A DNA stretch of 64,000 nucleotides, from NCBI GenBank assembly GCA_028534125.1, contig CM052818.1, positions 29,142,001-29,206,000 of the forward strand, written 5' to 3'. The notes beneath the pieces were generated by a model. It did not search any database, had not been told where the DNA came from, and was given only the letters and a program-made list of their open reading frames with translations. The translations under genes were made by a program, and so were the position numbers. The stretch comes from Lama glama (Eukaryota). Of this stretch, positions 1-12,832 are shown in pieces; within the stretch, counting starts at the first letter, position 1, and every line of letters starts with the position of its first letter.

Positions 1-1094
1 TCTCTCCAGATAAGGCACAAGAGAGACATCTGAATTTGTAACAGTTATCAGCTATAGAAGAAGCTCGAGACCTTGACATCATTAGCAACAACTCGGAGTA
101 AATCTTTCCCCTGTGGGAAGTATTTACTGGTCAGCTTACAGTCATTATTCCTGATTCTTCCAATTAGGATTACATGAAAAATCTAACCTGCCAGAATTAA
201 CATTCTATGGAGGCTTGTCTCCCCAAACTTATCACCATAGCCAAGGAAAAAGTATCCGTGTCCAGGTCAATTTAAAAATAAATTGCCATCTGCCACCAGC
301 AGGAAAAACTCATTGGCCACAGAACAAAGAGACATTTCAAAAGCTATTGTTGAGTACCTGCTGCAGTAAAAAACAAAAACCAAGTGTCTCCACAGGCTCT
401 GGGGCTTATAGTTAACTAGAACAAAATATAAATATTTTCCACTTCATTAGGGTTTAGTCAACTCATCTTTTGTCTTCTCCAGATCCACGGGTACACAATT
501 AACTTGAAAATGATACTTCTCCTAAATTTGATCTTTCAGGTTAAAAAAAAAAACACCTGTACATCCAGTTCTCAGTAGAAACTAGAATAAACCAACCTGG
601 TAAGACATCAAGAATATAAAAACTGTCAAGCAGGAAAGAATATTGTTAGATGTTACTGACTACAAATTAAAAAACAAAGTAAAAATATTAAAAGCATGTG
701 AGGCAAATGCATTTTCAATCCCTATACCAATGCGCCACGTGGGCTACCAATCCTGTCTCACTCCTATACAGTAAAACAACATGGACCTGACCACAGATAG
801 CCACCAGTGAAGGTCCTCTGACTTAAGAATTTATTTCTGCTACTGGCTGAAGTTTCACAGGAAAGGGAATTCCTAGATCACAAACCTCCTTTGTCCAAGA
901 TCCATTGTGATGAACATCTAGTTAAAACTAATTATAGTTGACTTTCTAGGGATATTAGGGGACTTGGGGGTATTTTTTTTAATTGAACCTCTGAAAGCAA
1001 ATTATATTTTTCTTTGAAGAAACAGGAAATTATTCTCTATACACTTTTAAAGTTTGTTGTATTTTATAACATCCAAATGATTTGGTCCTTTTTG

Positions 1095-1625
1095 AATGGG
1101 ATTAGGACATGCGACACCAAAATACATTACTGCAACATAAAACTTACTTTGAGCTGAAGGCATTTGAGTTCCTGAAATCCCTCATTTGCCTAAAAGCAGA
1201 GACTCCCAAAAGAACTCAATTGTCATAGGTCCCTTCCATGCGGGCAACTCTAATCTTGAGACTAGGACTCAGGAAGTAGGTACCACACCCAACAGACTGT
1301 CACAAAATTATTGTATCTCCCATCTACTGTCCTAAGGGCTCATTTATCTTTCCAGAAAGTCATTTGTCTTCCATAAATGCTCTTTCACCTGCCATGTCTT
1401 CTAAGAAATCATTTATTTTTCCAATAAATTTTCTCCCTTCCCCCTTCATCTATTAAAATGTACGTAAGCCCCAAATTCTAATCACCTCTTTGAGTTACTC
1501 ATTCTGAGCACTCTCATGTGTACACGTGTTGCACTTGTAAATAAACTTTTTTTTCTCTTGCTAATGAGTCTTTTCTCAGTTTAATTTGCAGTCCTCCAGA
1601 ACTAAACATGAGAGAGAACAGCAGT
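1095..1625 (+). mobile_element. ERV1 solo LTR, MER34-like (boundaries approximate)
   Basis: caccaaaata...tttgagctgaaggcatttgag 5' part; aataaa and gtttaatttgcag 3' part; resembles the 11524-12084 copy. Confidence 0.6.
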
Positions 1626-2123
1626 CCAATTAGTTTTGGGGTACAAAAAGCTCTACTCAACAACATGAATACACACAGATTCAAAAACTCATACCTCCTT
1701 TTGCATGCCCTCAAATCCTTACTTTGTTCCCCTGTTACTGGCAGCACATGACCTTAGATTAGTGTTTGGAGCCTCAGATGAAGAAAAATTTTTAATTAGA
1801 GCAGCTGCCTGCCTCTGGGTCCAAGGCTGAGGCACAATTTATCTAACAGTAGATTGGCTCGTTAAGTGAGCTATCACTTGAATGATAGCTTTTAGTGATG
1901 CAAGTAAAAGGCAGGCATGCAGCCATGTCCTTGGGCAATCCTATGGGGCAAGAATCTTGGGAGAAAAGATACTTGAAGCCCCACATGACCCAGGGTAGAT
2001 CAGGGTGGCTTAGATAGTAGACCACTAGTACGAAAAGGTACCAAGAGCCACAAAGCAGAATCACTACAGGAGGATGGGGAGTCTGGGCTGGTAGTCCAGG
2101 CTTGACTATAAGGCAAAGTGTGG

Positions 2124-2586
2124 TGCAGACAATAAATGTTGCTTGCCATTTCTGTAAACAAGGAATGTTACCCGCCATCAAGTCATCAGCCACTGCAGCA
2201 ACAGTTTCCACCCTACAGCACACCCTGAGGGGAATTCAGCTTGGAGAAAAATAGGATACTGGTCCTGGATAGCTAAGATGCATAACAAAGGAATAATTTC
2301 AGTGAGCCCAGACTCTTGCATCTTTCCACACATAGAAAATCACTAAAACACTGAGATGTCTGTTTTTGTGATAGCAATAATCTTCTGATTCAACTAAATG
2401 TTTTGTTTTTCCCCAGCAAAAACTCCTGTACCTCCTGGCTCCTCCCTCACCTCTCTGGAATCTATCTGGAAGCTATCTGAGAGGCTATATCTTAGGCTAC
2501 AGTCATCAGATAAAATATAAGGTCCCAGATAAAACATAACTCTCAACTTTTAGGTTGTGCCCTTTGTTTTGTTTTTCCAGTGGACA
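2124..2586 (+). mobile_element. ERV1-type solo LTR with 4-bp TSD
   Basis: TG...CA termini flanked by GTGG (2120-2123 and 2587-2590); LTR-like 3' end ataaaacataactctcaac...gttgtgc...cagtggaca. Confidence 0.65.
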
Positions 2587-5500
2587 GTGGGAACTGACCC
2601 CGGCACAGAATGAGGCTGAGTGAGGAGCCCAGCTGGGTCCACTGTGACAGTGTTGGGGCTATGGGGAAAACAGCTTAACATGTCAACATAAGCTTGGAGC
2701 CTGAGCCAGAGCACTAACTTCAACTTCTGCAAGGATCTATGCCAAGAAGGGCATCACTAAAGGAATAGACAAGAGTCCATCAGGTTGTCTAAAATACCCA
2801 GCAGCAGAACTCAGTGATAGTATCTGAACAGGCAGCTAACAGGCTGACTGGACTTCCCACCTTTCTCTCTGCCTCGTGTCAGAAAAGACTGCAGCTTTGA
2901 TCCACAGCTTCTCGGACATTGGGAAAGGCAGAAAAAAACAATGGGAGATATCTGATTTCCTGACAAATAAAGTATGTGAGGATGAATATTGAGTAGTGTT
3001 TTTTCTGAAGCTTGTGAAACAAGTCAGAATCATTTCAGAAGGATAATCTGAGTTTTTAAATTATGCATATCTAATAACTTAATTTAAACAAAATAAAAAT
3101 TTATCATTTTTAAATAATGAAAACTAGCAGTCATAGCCACCCTCCATCCACACGAGGAAGAAAGGGCTGCCGATTTAAGAAAAACATCTTCTAATTATTT
3201 TTCCTTTTTGAAAATATACAGACGTCAATTAACATTATAATCAGGCCAAAAAATTTTTTAAATGAGTAAGAAAACAACCTGAATTACATGTTTTCTTTGA
3301 ACGTTATTTTCATAGGTCATGGCACTATTTTCTAAGGTCTTTGGAATCTTGAAAGTTCCCCTTGTTTCAATTTTGCATCCAAGGGTGGATTTATATTAGC
3401 AAGAAACAAGCTAGCAACAATTATGAATATTCACAGAAATCTCTTTATTGCACAGAAAAGCAAGACTGAGAGTCTAACAAATGTTTCCAGTGCTTTATCA
3501 AATTAGATTATTTGACCACTTTCAATGGCACAGAAGGCTCTCCCTCCCCCAGAAGCTGCAGGGTAGAACCTCTCGTTCTCCTCTATTTGAGCCTCCTTCA
3601 TTAAACACAAAGACTTGCACTCACTAGAATTGTAAACAAAAAGCAGGCTGTAGATACCAATTTTACTGACAGAAATGGGGTGAGAAATTAACAGAATCTT
3701 AGACATGGATAAAAATGAATAGATTAAGTACTAATAGTGAAAAAGAATAAAGCATTAATCTTTCATTTTCAGTAGGTTGAGAATTTTAAGATTACCTCGG
3801 GTGACAAATTAGATAACTCAAAAAAAAAGTATGTGTACATGTCCTGTAAGCATTTTGAGACAGAGCTCATAGGCAAAGAATAATAGCGACTCCTCTCCTA
3901 GAATTTTACTTCATCACTACTGCCCAACTGGTTTGATTTGTTTGTTTTATAGGAAGGGAAAGAGTATAAGGAGAGAAATTTGTGAATACAATTTACCTTT
4001 ATAAGCTGTACATGTTTGGATAACAACTCAAGCTCTCTGAGCTACAGCTTCATCCCTAAAGATAAGAAATCATGTATTCTCTTTAGGTCTTCTGAGAGGC
4101 TTCCTCACTTCTCTCTCCTAACTTCAAGCACCCTAGCCATGCTACACCTCAGGGGCCCTCTACACATCCTTTTTACCACTGTCCCTGTGGCCAAATTGTT
4201 CTGTCTTACTTCTCCAGTTTTCCAGCTCAAATTCACAAAGGAGAAAAATGCTCGGCCCAGCTCATTTTTTCATGTGAGGCTGTAGATCTAGGGAGCATTA
4301 TTCTGAAATCATGCTTTCTCCCCTCACATAGTCAACTGCAACTGATATGGGAGGACACAATGTCCTGTTGTTGGTTTAGCAACAGCAGAGAAAATTTCAA
4401 TAAAAGGGAAGGTAAGGAGGGCAGGCGATGATCAATAGCTATGGGTTAGTAACAAAATATTTTAAAGCTTCAATTAAGATATCTATCTTAGCACCCACGA
4501 CATTTAGAAAACTTTATGTTTCTTTATCACTTTTCAATACTAAATAAATTCTAAAGTAGTTTTGTAACAGTGAAATTTTATAAAATGAAGCTCCAAAAAT
4601 TCAAATGCAGAAGGAAAAGTCAAAGCAATTCAAACAAACTTTCTGAATTTTAGTCACAGAATACAATAGTTTGAGATCTGATAGATAATGTGATCATAAG
4701 ACAACCCACAAAAATATTTATTGGGACATGTTTTGTTTTCAGTCTCAAGTACCAAATTCCACTCAGTAATTTGTGAATAACAATTGGTCTCCTCCAGTAG
4801 ACAGCTAGGGAGGGGAGCATCAGCATAGCTCAGGCCCTGGACCTTCTAATGCCACATAGTGGGTACTCAGTAAATGTTTATCAAATGCTTTAAAGAATCA
4901 ATGCTTTGGTTTTCTATTACTTTAGCAAAGTAAAAATAATTAGGCAGTTTTAACTACGATGGACGCTAACACAAAGTGTTTTTTAAAAGACAGGTTATAA
5001 TGCAAACAGAAGAGGTAGCTTTAACTAGGTAATGACAGGCCAAGGAGAGAACAGGCACACATTGACCAAAGCAGAAGGTATGGCCTTACTTGGGTATTTC
5101 TCAGTATGAAGGAATTAACCAAAGAATGTTACTTCATATATAAAAAGAGAACAATTACCACCCTGCTTTTAGGAACTTCACATGTAAGAATGAAGGAAAG
5201 CCATATGTTGCACTGTGCTATGAATTGTGGCTTAGAGGTAGAAACATATTTAATAAAAAACATAACGTTGACCCTCCTGATATGTCATTCCTTTATTCAT
5301 TAAACATGTATTTAATTCTTACATTGTGCCAGACCCTGTTTTAAATATCCACAGTGGTGGACAAGTGCTTGATAACACTAGCCGAGAAGGAAATAAAATT
5401 ATACCACAATGAGGTAAACCAAGACTACCAGAATGCCTAAAGTAAAAAAAAAAACAATTACAAAGGCTGACAACAAGGATGTGGAGCAATTGGAATTCTA

Positions 5501-7170
5501 ATTTACTCCTGGTAAGAATGTAAAATGCTACAACCTCTTTGGAAAGCTTGGTAGTTAACAAAATTAAACAACTACTCTATGACCTGTAACACCACTCCTA
5601 AGTATGTATCTCAAAGAAATTAACACACAGCTATAGATCCACCCACAAAGACTTATGTCATATTTAGAGCATAGCAAACACAAAGTACATAAGTCTTGAT
5701 GTAGATTGGTAACTCTTTACCAATATCTGAGAAGCCCGTTTTTCTCTTCTCAGTCACTAACCCCCCAAGAGTTACCACCACCTTGACTTTAAAAATGATA
5801 GATTTATTTTGTCTGTTTCTGATCTTTCTATAAATAGACTCACACACTATGTATTCTTTCTGTCTTGCTTCTGTTATTAAATTAGTTTGAAATTCATTGA
5901 TATTGTGTGTAGTTTTGGTTTGTACATTCTTGCTTCTGTATTTCAATGTAAAGTTACACATCTGGCCATTTTCCAAAATAACTATACAGAGTAAAGGGAA
6001 TACCCCATTCTGTAAGATACTAAGTCCCAGCTGACACCAGTATGAAAGAAACCAAAATGCTGTCATGCCCACTGCCCTGTGGGTTGGAAGCATATGGAGA
6101 CATAGCTCAAATCCATTTCCAGTTTGCCAAAAAGACCCACACTCCACTCATTTCCCCAGCCTCTGAGTGTATAACAGAGATGGATATACTCAGCAGCTGA
6201 AAGGAACCTCATATGGCTCTCTAACTCGCAGAATATGAGCCAGTATGGTGGAAAAAAATCCAAAAGAAGCCCCTGAAACTGCCCCATGACCCTTGGTTCC
6301 AACCTCTGAGAGGTTCTTCCTATTCATCATCCTCCTTAGCCACACTTGGAGTAGAACTGAGTCAAAGCCCCTCCTCGAGTACTGACCAGCTTTTTCAGGC
6401 TGCTTACTGCCCATGAAAGGTTCTAGACTCAAGATCATTAAGTCTCAGTCACAGCTTCTTCAGCCAGGTGTAGTTCCTTTGCCAAATTAACTGCCTGAAG
6501 TAGGTCTCTGGTTTTCTAATTCCTATCAGTTCTATAGACTTAATTTTTTCTTTTTTTCAGGCAGAGTTCTCAGAATCACTAACATTCTTTTATTTTCTTG
6601 CCCTCAAGACTCTCTTTCACATAAATTAATTACACATACCTTGTTTATAGGGCTTCGGGGGAGCTCCTCACATTTACTCTCCTCTTCAATCACTGGAGGG
6701 ACTGACTGGGCAAGACAATTTGGATAGATGCTGATGTGGAAACATCTTAGTTCATTCCATAGTTTTAACACGGAGAGTTTAAACCCTTGACACAACATTT
6801 AATTTATTGGCTTTTAATGCTCATGGGCCTTTTTAGTACTGGCTGTGTCTAGTTGAGATTGAGAAGCAACTGTCTCTTCCAAGAGTAAGTCTCTGAATTT
6901 GAGGACTTTCTCTGTTCCTTTTCATTCCTGATTGCAAACATAGCAATTCTTTAGTGAGTTCATCTCTCTCTAATAATACCTTGCAAACGCAGCCAACAGA
7001 AACCTACATAAGCTTCTAATATTGTTTTCTAATCTTACTCCCTAGAGCTGAACTTTATTAGATAGAAATCTCCAAACTTATCACAGGGAATAGTTTTCAG
7101 CTGGTTCACCACTGCATAACATGGATTACCATCCTCCCCCAGCCTCCAAAGTTTATCCATACTCCAGCAC

Positions 7171-7420
7171 TGTTAAAGAAAAAATTATTCATTACACTTG
7201 TCATGATGGTAAGGCAGATTTTATTCAGGAGAACTACTACAGTGGGGCTGTAGGGGAACAAAATTTGCCACCCCAAAATGTCTCTCAGGTATGCAGATTA
7301 TTTCCAGCTGAAAGCAATCAAGGCCCAAAAGCGTCATTTAGAAACTATTACCTCCCCTCCAACTGCCACCTAAAACAATTTAGACAGAGGTCCTGGAATA
7401 GAGCTATCACCACAGATAAC
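7171..7420. mobile_element. Adjacent LTR fragments: MER31-like 3' end (minus, 7171-7248) and MER34-like 5' end (plus, from 7249)
   Basis: tgttaaagaaaaaattattc...ttttattcagg, then tgtaggggaacaaaatttgccaccccaaaat. Confidence 0.5.
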
Positions 7421-7619
7421 TGCATTCTGTCATGTAGTATTTTCCTTTCCCCAAATCTATTACATTAACAGAGTGTCTTACAATACATTCTACCTCAGAA
7501 TCAAAGAAGTATTTTTACCTACAGAAAACAGTCTTGACTAAAAACAAAGGGGTTGCCAGACAGGCCCTTAAGGACAGCAGGCCCATATGGGGGCTGAAGG
7601 TAACCATCTTTCCCCTCAC

Positions 7620-8320
7620 CAACGTCGGACTGAAGGGACCCGCAGCCCCAGAGGACGGGGTGGGTTGGGGGTGGGGGCGGCCTGCTGCCCGAGGGCAGGT
7701 ACCCCGGCGCGAACGGCGCGTTGGGGGCCGCGAGACTCTGCATTCAGGCTACCCTAGGACCGTCCCCGGGTCCAGGACTTGTAGGGACAGACTGAGCCGC
7801 CACCAGCAGGGACTTCTGAAGGCCAAACCGCGATGCCAAGTTCCACCCTCCTCAAAAACAGTTACCTGTTTTCCTGAAGCCACGTCTCACAGGAACTCCT
7901 TGGCTTTGCCATCCGCTGAGGAGAACTACCTGGGCACCCGACTCTGTGAGAGGCCCTGTGTGTCTTCCCGGCTCGGGGCCACAAAGGGTCAGACTCCAGT
8001 GTCCTTCCCTGTTCTTCAGGAGCGCAGTAGTGCACGCGACCCGCAGCGGCTTCAAGAAAAAGCCTGGAGGGCTGAGGCGGCTGCTGCTCTTACAGGTCCG
8101 GAATGCCAAGCGCCCGCTAAGCCAACTGCGCAGGCGCATGCCACGCCCACAAACAGCATCCGGGGCCCTGAGATCGGCCTCTGGTTCGGATCTCGCAGGC
8201 ATAGTCATAGTTACTAGCCGGGGCTTGTGGGAGATGCGTCCTGCTGCAGGGATCTATCCTGCTGAAAAGAAAAACAAGCAAACGAATACGTGACATCACA
8301 ACAAAAATGCATATGCGCAA
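7620..8320. promoter_or_regulatory. Orphan CpG island / promoter-like element
   Basis: CpG-dense stretch in AT-rich DNA; TGCGCAGGCGCA (8127-8138), ccacgccc (8141-8148), ZNF143-like gggcttgtgggaga (8221-8234). Confidence 0.6.
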
Positions 8321-9120
8321 AGTTGAGAATCAGAGGATATGGGTTCAGGTATTAGTTCATCATTACTTCTCGCCTGGAGCAGGTCAGTTCACACAAATTC
8401 GGAACTCTCTTTCCTAAATAAATACACTGCCCAGAACACATTAGCCTACGGAACGATCCGAGATTGTAAATCTCCCTTTAAAAAGTCCTCGGTCCTCAAA
8501 ACAGTCCTCATTAGTGAAATTCAGGTAGCAATCTGTTCCTACCTCTTAGCATAGCTCCTGACATCACTTCTGGTGGAGATTTTGTTCCCATACTACCGAT
8601 ATTGTCGTCCATAGTTTTCCTATGTCCAAGGTCCCGATAACAAAGTGTTTCCTCTCCTTCAACCCTCTTATGTCTTTAGGCCATTTAGCAAAGCTCCCTT
8701 GTAGTCTGTGTCTGTCATACCCTTATAATAGTTTAAAAATTAAAAAAGAAAATTCATAGTCCTCCTTTATCTCCTTTTTCCTACTCTAGAGTCTAGGGAT
8801 TAGGCCCAGTTTTCCTTTCAGACAAGTCAAAGTCCACTTAAGTGTTACTGCTCTATAACACACTCAGAACCACTCTTCCTGGATGAGCCCTCATTAACAT
8901 CTCTGATTAAGTCTGTAAAGTAAGGTGAGTTCTATACCCAATCTGGCTTAATGCCTGAAAAAGTTGTCTCACTGCTAAAGGATGCTGAAAGCAAGACTTC
9001 AGCTTCAGGTGTTTGCTCACTGGATCCCAGACATCATCCCATTAGCGCCAGTCAGATGTGTCTGAATACTTACTGAGTAGCCATCTCAGGCTCTTGTGGT
9101 TGGAGCCTCTTCTACTTAGC

Positions 9121-9528
9121 TGTAAAATTAGGGTCGCTATGCCATAGAATGAAATACTGAAGCTAGAAAAGACACTTTGTCAGCAGGGAGGCTGGAGAGG
9201 AATTCAAGGTGAGTTGCCCCAACTGGAAGAAAGGCAGGAGGAGCCAACATGGAGCAAGCCAGCACTTTACTGAAGTACAAGCCGGTGGCGTCATGGCAGG
9301 CCGCCCTCAGGTGTACGCACTTGGCGCATGTGTACTGTTCATAATGCTGACCCACGCTGCTGGCGCAGGCGTATTGTTCATAATGCGTAGTCACGCTACT
9401 AGCGCATGCGTACATTTACCTCTTACCAGGTGCAAGCTATTGTGAACTTTGGCCCGGGCCCCGCAGGCTACTCGCTTAAGGCTGGGCCCCACGGCCTACT
9501 CACTTATGGCCGCTGATATACTTCCTCA
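9121..9528 (-). mobile_element. LTR-like element with internal tandem repeats (family unassigned)
   Basis: About 408 bp CpG-rich block with TG...CA ends, minus-strand AGTAAA near 9266, internal 39-bp and 28-bp repeats; no clear TSD. Confidence 0.45.
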
Positions 9529-9744
9529 TCCACTGCTTTTCAGACTTCTGCTCACAATCTATTAGTGACCTAAAAGATCAATTTAGTGGTTCAGAACCAG
9601 CATTTTTTAAAAAATGGAATCGAGGGTTTTTTTTAACTACTTAAGAGATATGTCTTGTTGCATGAAACTGTTTCAGCTGTGTGCATGTGGGTTTCTTACT
9701 GATTGACCTGCGTCTTTTTAAGCAATGTAGTAATTAGTCTACAT

Positions 9745-9925
9745 CTCTGGTTCTCAAATTTTGGTTTCTACAACAGCAGTGTTAGGTATTACCTGGGGAT
9801 TCATTAGAAATGCAAATTCTTGGACCTCACCTACTGAATCAGAACCTCTAGGCATAGGACCTAACAATCTGTGTTTAAAAAGCCACCAGGTGATTCTGAT
9901 ACACAGAAAAATTTGAAAACTACTG
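9745..9925. mobile_element. MER5A-like hAT-Charlie MITE
   Basis: tggttctcaaa...tagaaatgcaaattct...ctactgaatcagaa...ccaggtgattctgat...tttgaaaactactg. Confidence 0.75.
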
Positions 9926-11523
9926 GAATCTAGATAATTTAAACTTTCTCAAGCAAAAGAGTGATTTGACCCCTAGAGAAAATGTGACTTTTTTCTCTTT
10001 TCTCCCAGTGTGATTACACAGATAGTTGGCATTCTAGATGCAAAGGAGAGAAGCTAATTATTACATACAGTGGATGCCTTAGGGCATTAGGGCTTATTTC
10101 TCTCTTGGAAGCAGTTGAGAAGAGCTGCTCTAGAAAGGCTGGTCTGGAATGATGTCCCAAGATTCTCCTCAGAGTCAAATTTATGTGACTTTACCAAAAT
10201 TCCCCAAAATATAAAGCAGTTCAATGCAAGGATTTGACTCTAACTGCTCCTGCTTAAAATATAGTTTCTTCTTATCTCTATTGCATTTATGAACAATGAT
10301 CCTATTGTAATAATAAAGAAATTAAGTACATAACTGTTAAGTAAGTAAAAATTGGAAACTAAGATTTTCTGAGGAGGACATTCAAAATCAGCCTCAAGTT
10401 CACTTATCTAATCATAATGGTCATATTGGTGAGCTCTCCCCAGGAAAGTGATTTATAACCTTTATTCTGCTTTCGTCCTGTTTTGTTCACAGCACACTCC
10501 CAACAGTAGCATTTCTTATCACAAGACTATGATGCTCATGGGGGCTTTGCAGGGAGGGACAAGGAGAGCTTGAAAAGTCTCCTTGAGGATACTAACCCCC
10601 ACATTAAAATGGATAACTGCACTAGGATAAAAGTTGCTAATAACAATCTAAGTCAGTAGAGAACATATCATCCTACCAGAATAGCCTAGTTTTAAATAGG
10701 CATTGACTGAGTTCCAGGATGATCTGAGAGCTCAGAGCATAATTCATTATTGTATACTTATTTATTCCTTGCAAAGAATCACTTTATTCTTTCAGAAGAA
10801 AGCAAAATCTGGTCATGAGAAAGGGAAAATTTTCTTGTCAATCAACTAATCAACATTTTTTACCCCTATTGTGTATGCATCAATTTACTAAGTAATATGT
10901 AGGATGTGCATGGTTTTTAGCACTGGATACAAAAGACCAGAACGTATTTAATATGAAACATAAAAATAGAACATTAATAAATGTTAAATTATGAAGGACT
11001 AATTATGAAGCCATCTGATGTGGTTTTAAGACAAATGGATTCCTAAACCCACCCCAGAAATACTGACATAAGAGTTATTGAAGTCATGGCCCAGGAGAAG
11101 GACCAGGACTCATTTAAGTCCCCCAGACTATTATGATAGTCAAGCTAGGAACACTCTCTTAGAAATCCAGAAGAAGAAAATTAATTTTAATTGGTACAGC
11201 CAGGGAAAACCTTTGTGGCACAGTGAAGCTGTGAAGACAGGGGAGACTATAAACAAAGCAACAGAGAACCCAGAGGGCATTTGTGCGCTTGCCTGGAACA
11301 AGTGTTATCTGGGATAAAGTGCTAAGGAAGCTTTGGGAGGTAGAGAATGAGTGCCTAAGTCAGAGAAGGCTTCCCCCAAACTGAGTCTTAAAGATTGGGC
11401 AGGAAGAATCTGTCAGAGGATGAGGGAAAGGGGATTTCAGGCAGAGGAAACAACTTATACAAAGTATAGAGACATGGAAGCATGAGGTGTGTTAAGTGAA
11501 TCGCGCAAGTTCCATGTGACTGG

Positions 11524-12084
11524 TGAAGGGGATCAGAACGTGCCATACCAAAATATGCTACTTTGGCATATGGATTATTTTGGGCTGAAGGCAACTGAGA
11601 ATCAACAAGTGCACAAAGAAGTCTTCTCAGAGCTTCCATTAAATGACTCAAAGCAAAAAATTCTAAGAAACTAGGACTGCCAGAAATCCCCACTATGTGG
11701 GCATTTTATTGCCGTGAAGAAAAAAGTTGGCACTGAAATGAGTCTACACAAATAAACCTTACTTGAAATAAGCCTTTATCTTCCATTAGTTTCCCCATAT
11801 ATTTATCTTCCCACAATTTACCACCCCTAGAAACTCAACCTCCCTTCCCTTTGTTTAGTCACTTCTTCACAACTAATCATTCTTTGTTAAAATGGTACAT
11901 AAATTCTGAAGTCTAACCATCTCTTCAGGGGTTTTCATTGTGAAGTGCCATGAATAACAACATCATCAATAAAAATGTGTATGCCTTTTCTCCTGTTAAT
12001 CTGTTAATCTGTCTATGTCAGTTTAATTTGCAGGCCCCATTTATAAACCTAAGAGGGTAGAGGAAAATGTTTTCTTCCCCTATA
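11524..12084 (+). mobile_element. MER34-family ERV1 solo LTR, full length
   Basis: Starts tgaaggggatcagaacgtgccataccaaaatatgctactttggcata; ends aacctaagagggtagaggaaaatgttttcttcccctata; contains aataaa. Confidence 0.75.
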
Positions 12085-12832
12085 TTAGAATAGGCAGAGG
12101 AGAAAGGAGGAGAGGCTTATGAGAGGCAGAATGGAAGTGGTCAACATGACTAAGAAGTAAAAGAATAAAAATTGAAATTTTCAAGCCCTCAGTAGGGAAA
12201 GTAGATTGCTGGATGTATATGATACATTGTGTGAATGATAGGATCCAAAAAACACAAAGAACTGGTAGAATGAGAAGGGACAACCTTCTCAACCCAAGCC
12301 AATTACTGCCTTTTTGAGCATGAAGGGTCTACAGCTGCCAAGTCATCCAATTTATGTTTTCAAGAAAACCAGAAATCCAAATTTTTAGATAACATCTCTA
12401 AACTTTTAAATAATGACTAAAAATTCTTCAAATAATTATTTAGGTCAAAAAATAAACAAACCCAAATCTTAGCCTGATATAGATGTTAGTTTATCATCTC
12501 TGAGCTGGAGTCTAATAAATTCTTATTGCATCCAAATTAGACCAATGTCTGTCTGATTCACTATATGCTTAATTCATGGGCTGGCAGAACATGGCAACTA
12601 AGCCAAAGACTTGTTTGGAAAGAACAGAAATCCAGCTCAGAGCTTTTATTCTGGAAAGATCTGTTTATGGTTTTTTACACATCTATATCTATATATATTC
12701 CTTTTCCTCAATTTAAACATAGGGATGATATTATTCTCAAACTTTGTAACATTCTTCAAAAATTGCCAGGTCTCAGAAAATATACTAACATAGTCAGAGG
12801 CATGATTTGAAAAAAACAAAAACTTAAAAGTA

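Noticed and set aside
5970..7130. Possible MaLR/ERVL internal fragments and ORFs in this stretch
   Set aside because: Too degenerate to assign by eye; no gag, pol or env motifs are visible
7534..8293. Long ORFs (227, 118 and 115 aa) in the GC-rich island
   Set aside because: No recognisable protein similarity; overlapping ORFs on both strands are expected in stop-poor GC-rich DNA, and two have non-ATG starts
9137..9415. ORF with 13-aa repeats (YACASSV..HYEQ), or a CRISPR-like array
   Set aside because: The periodicity only reflects the 39-bp DNA tandem repeat; there are no unique spacers or cas genes, and the context is eukaryotic
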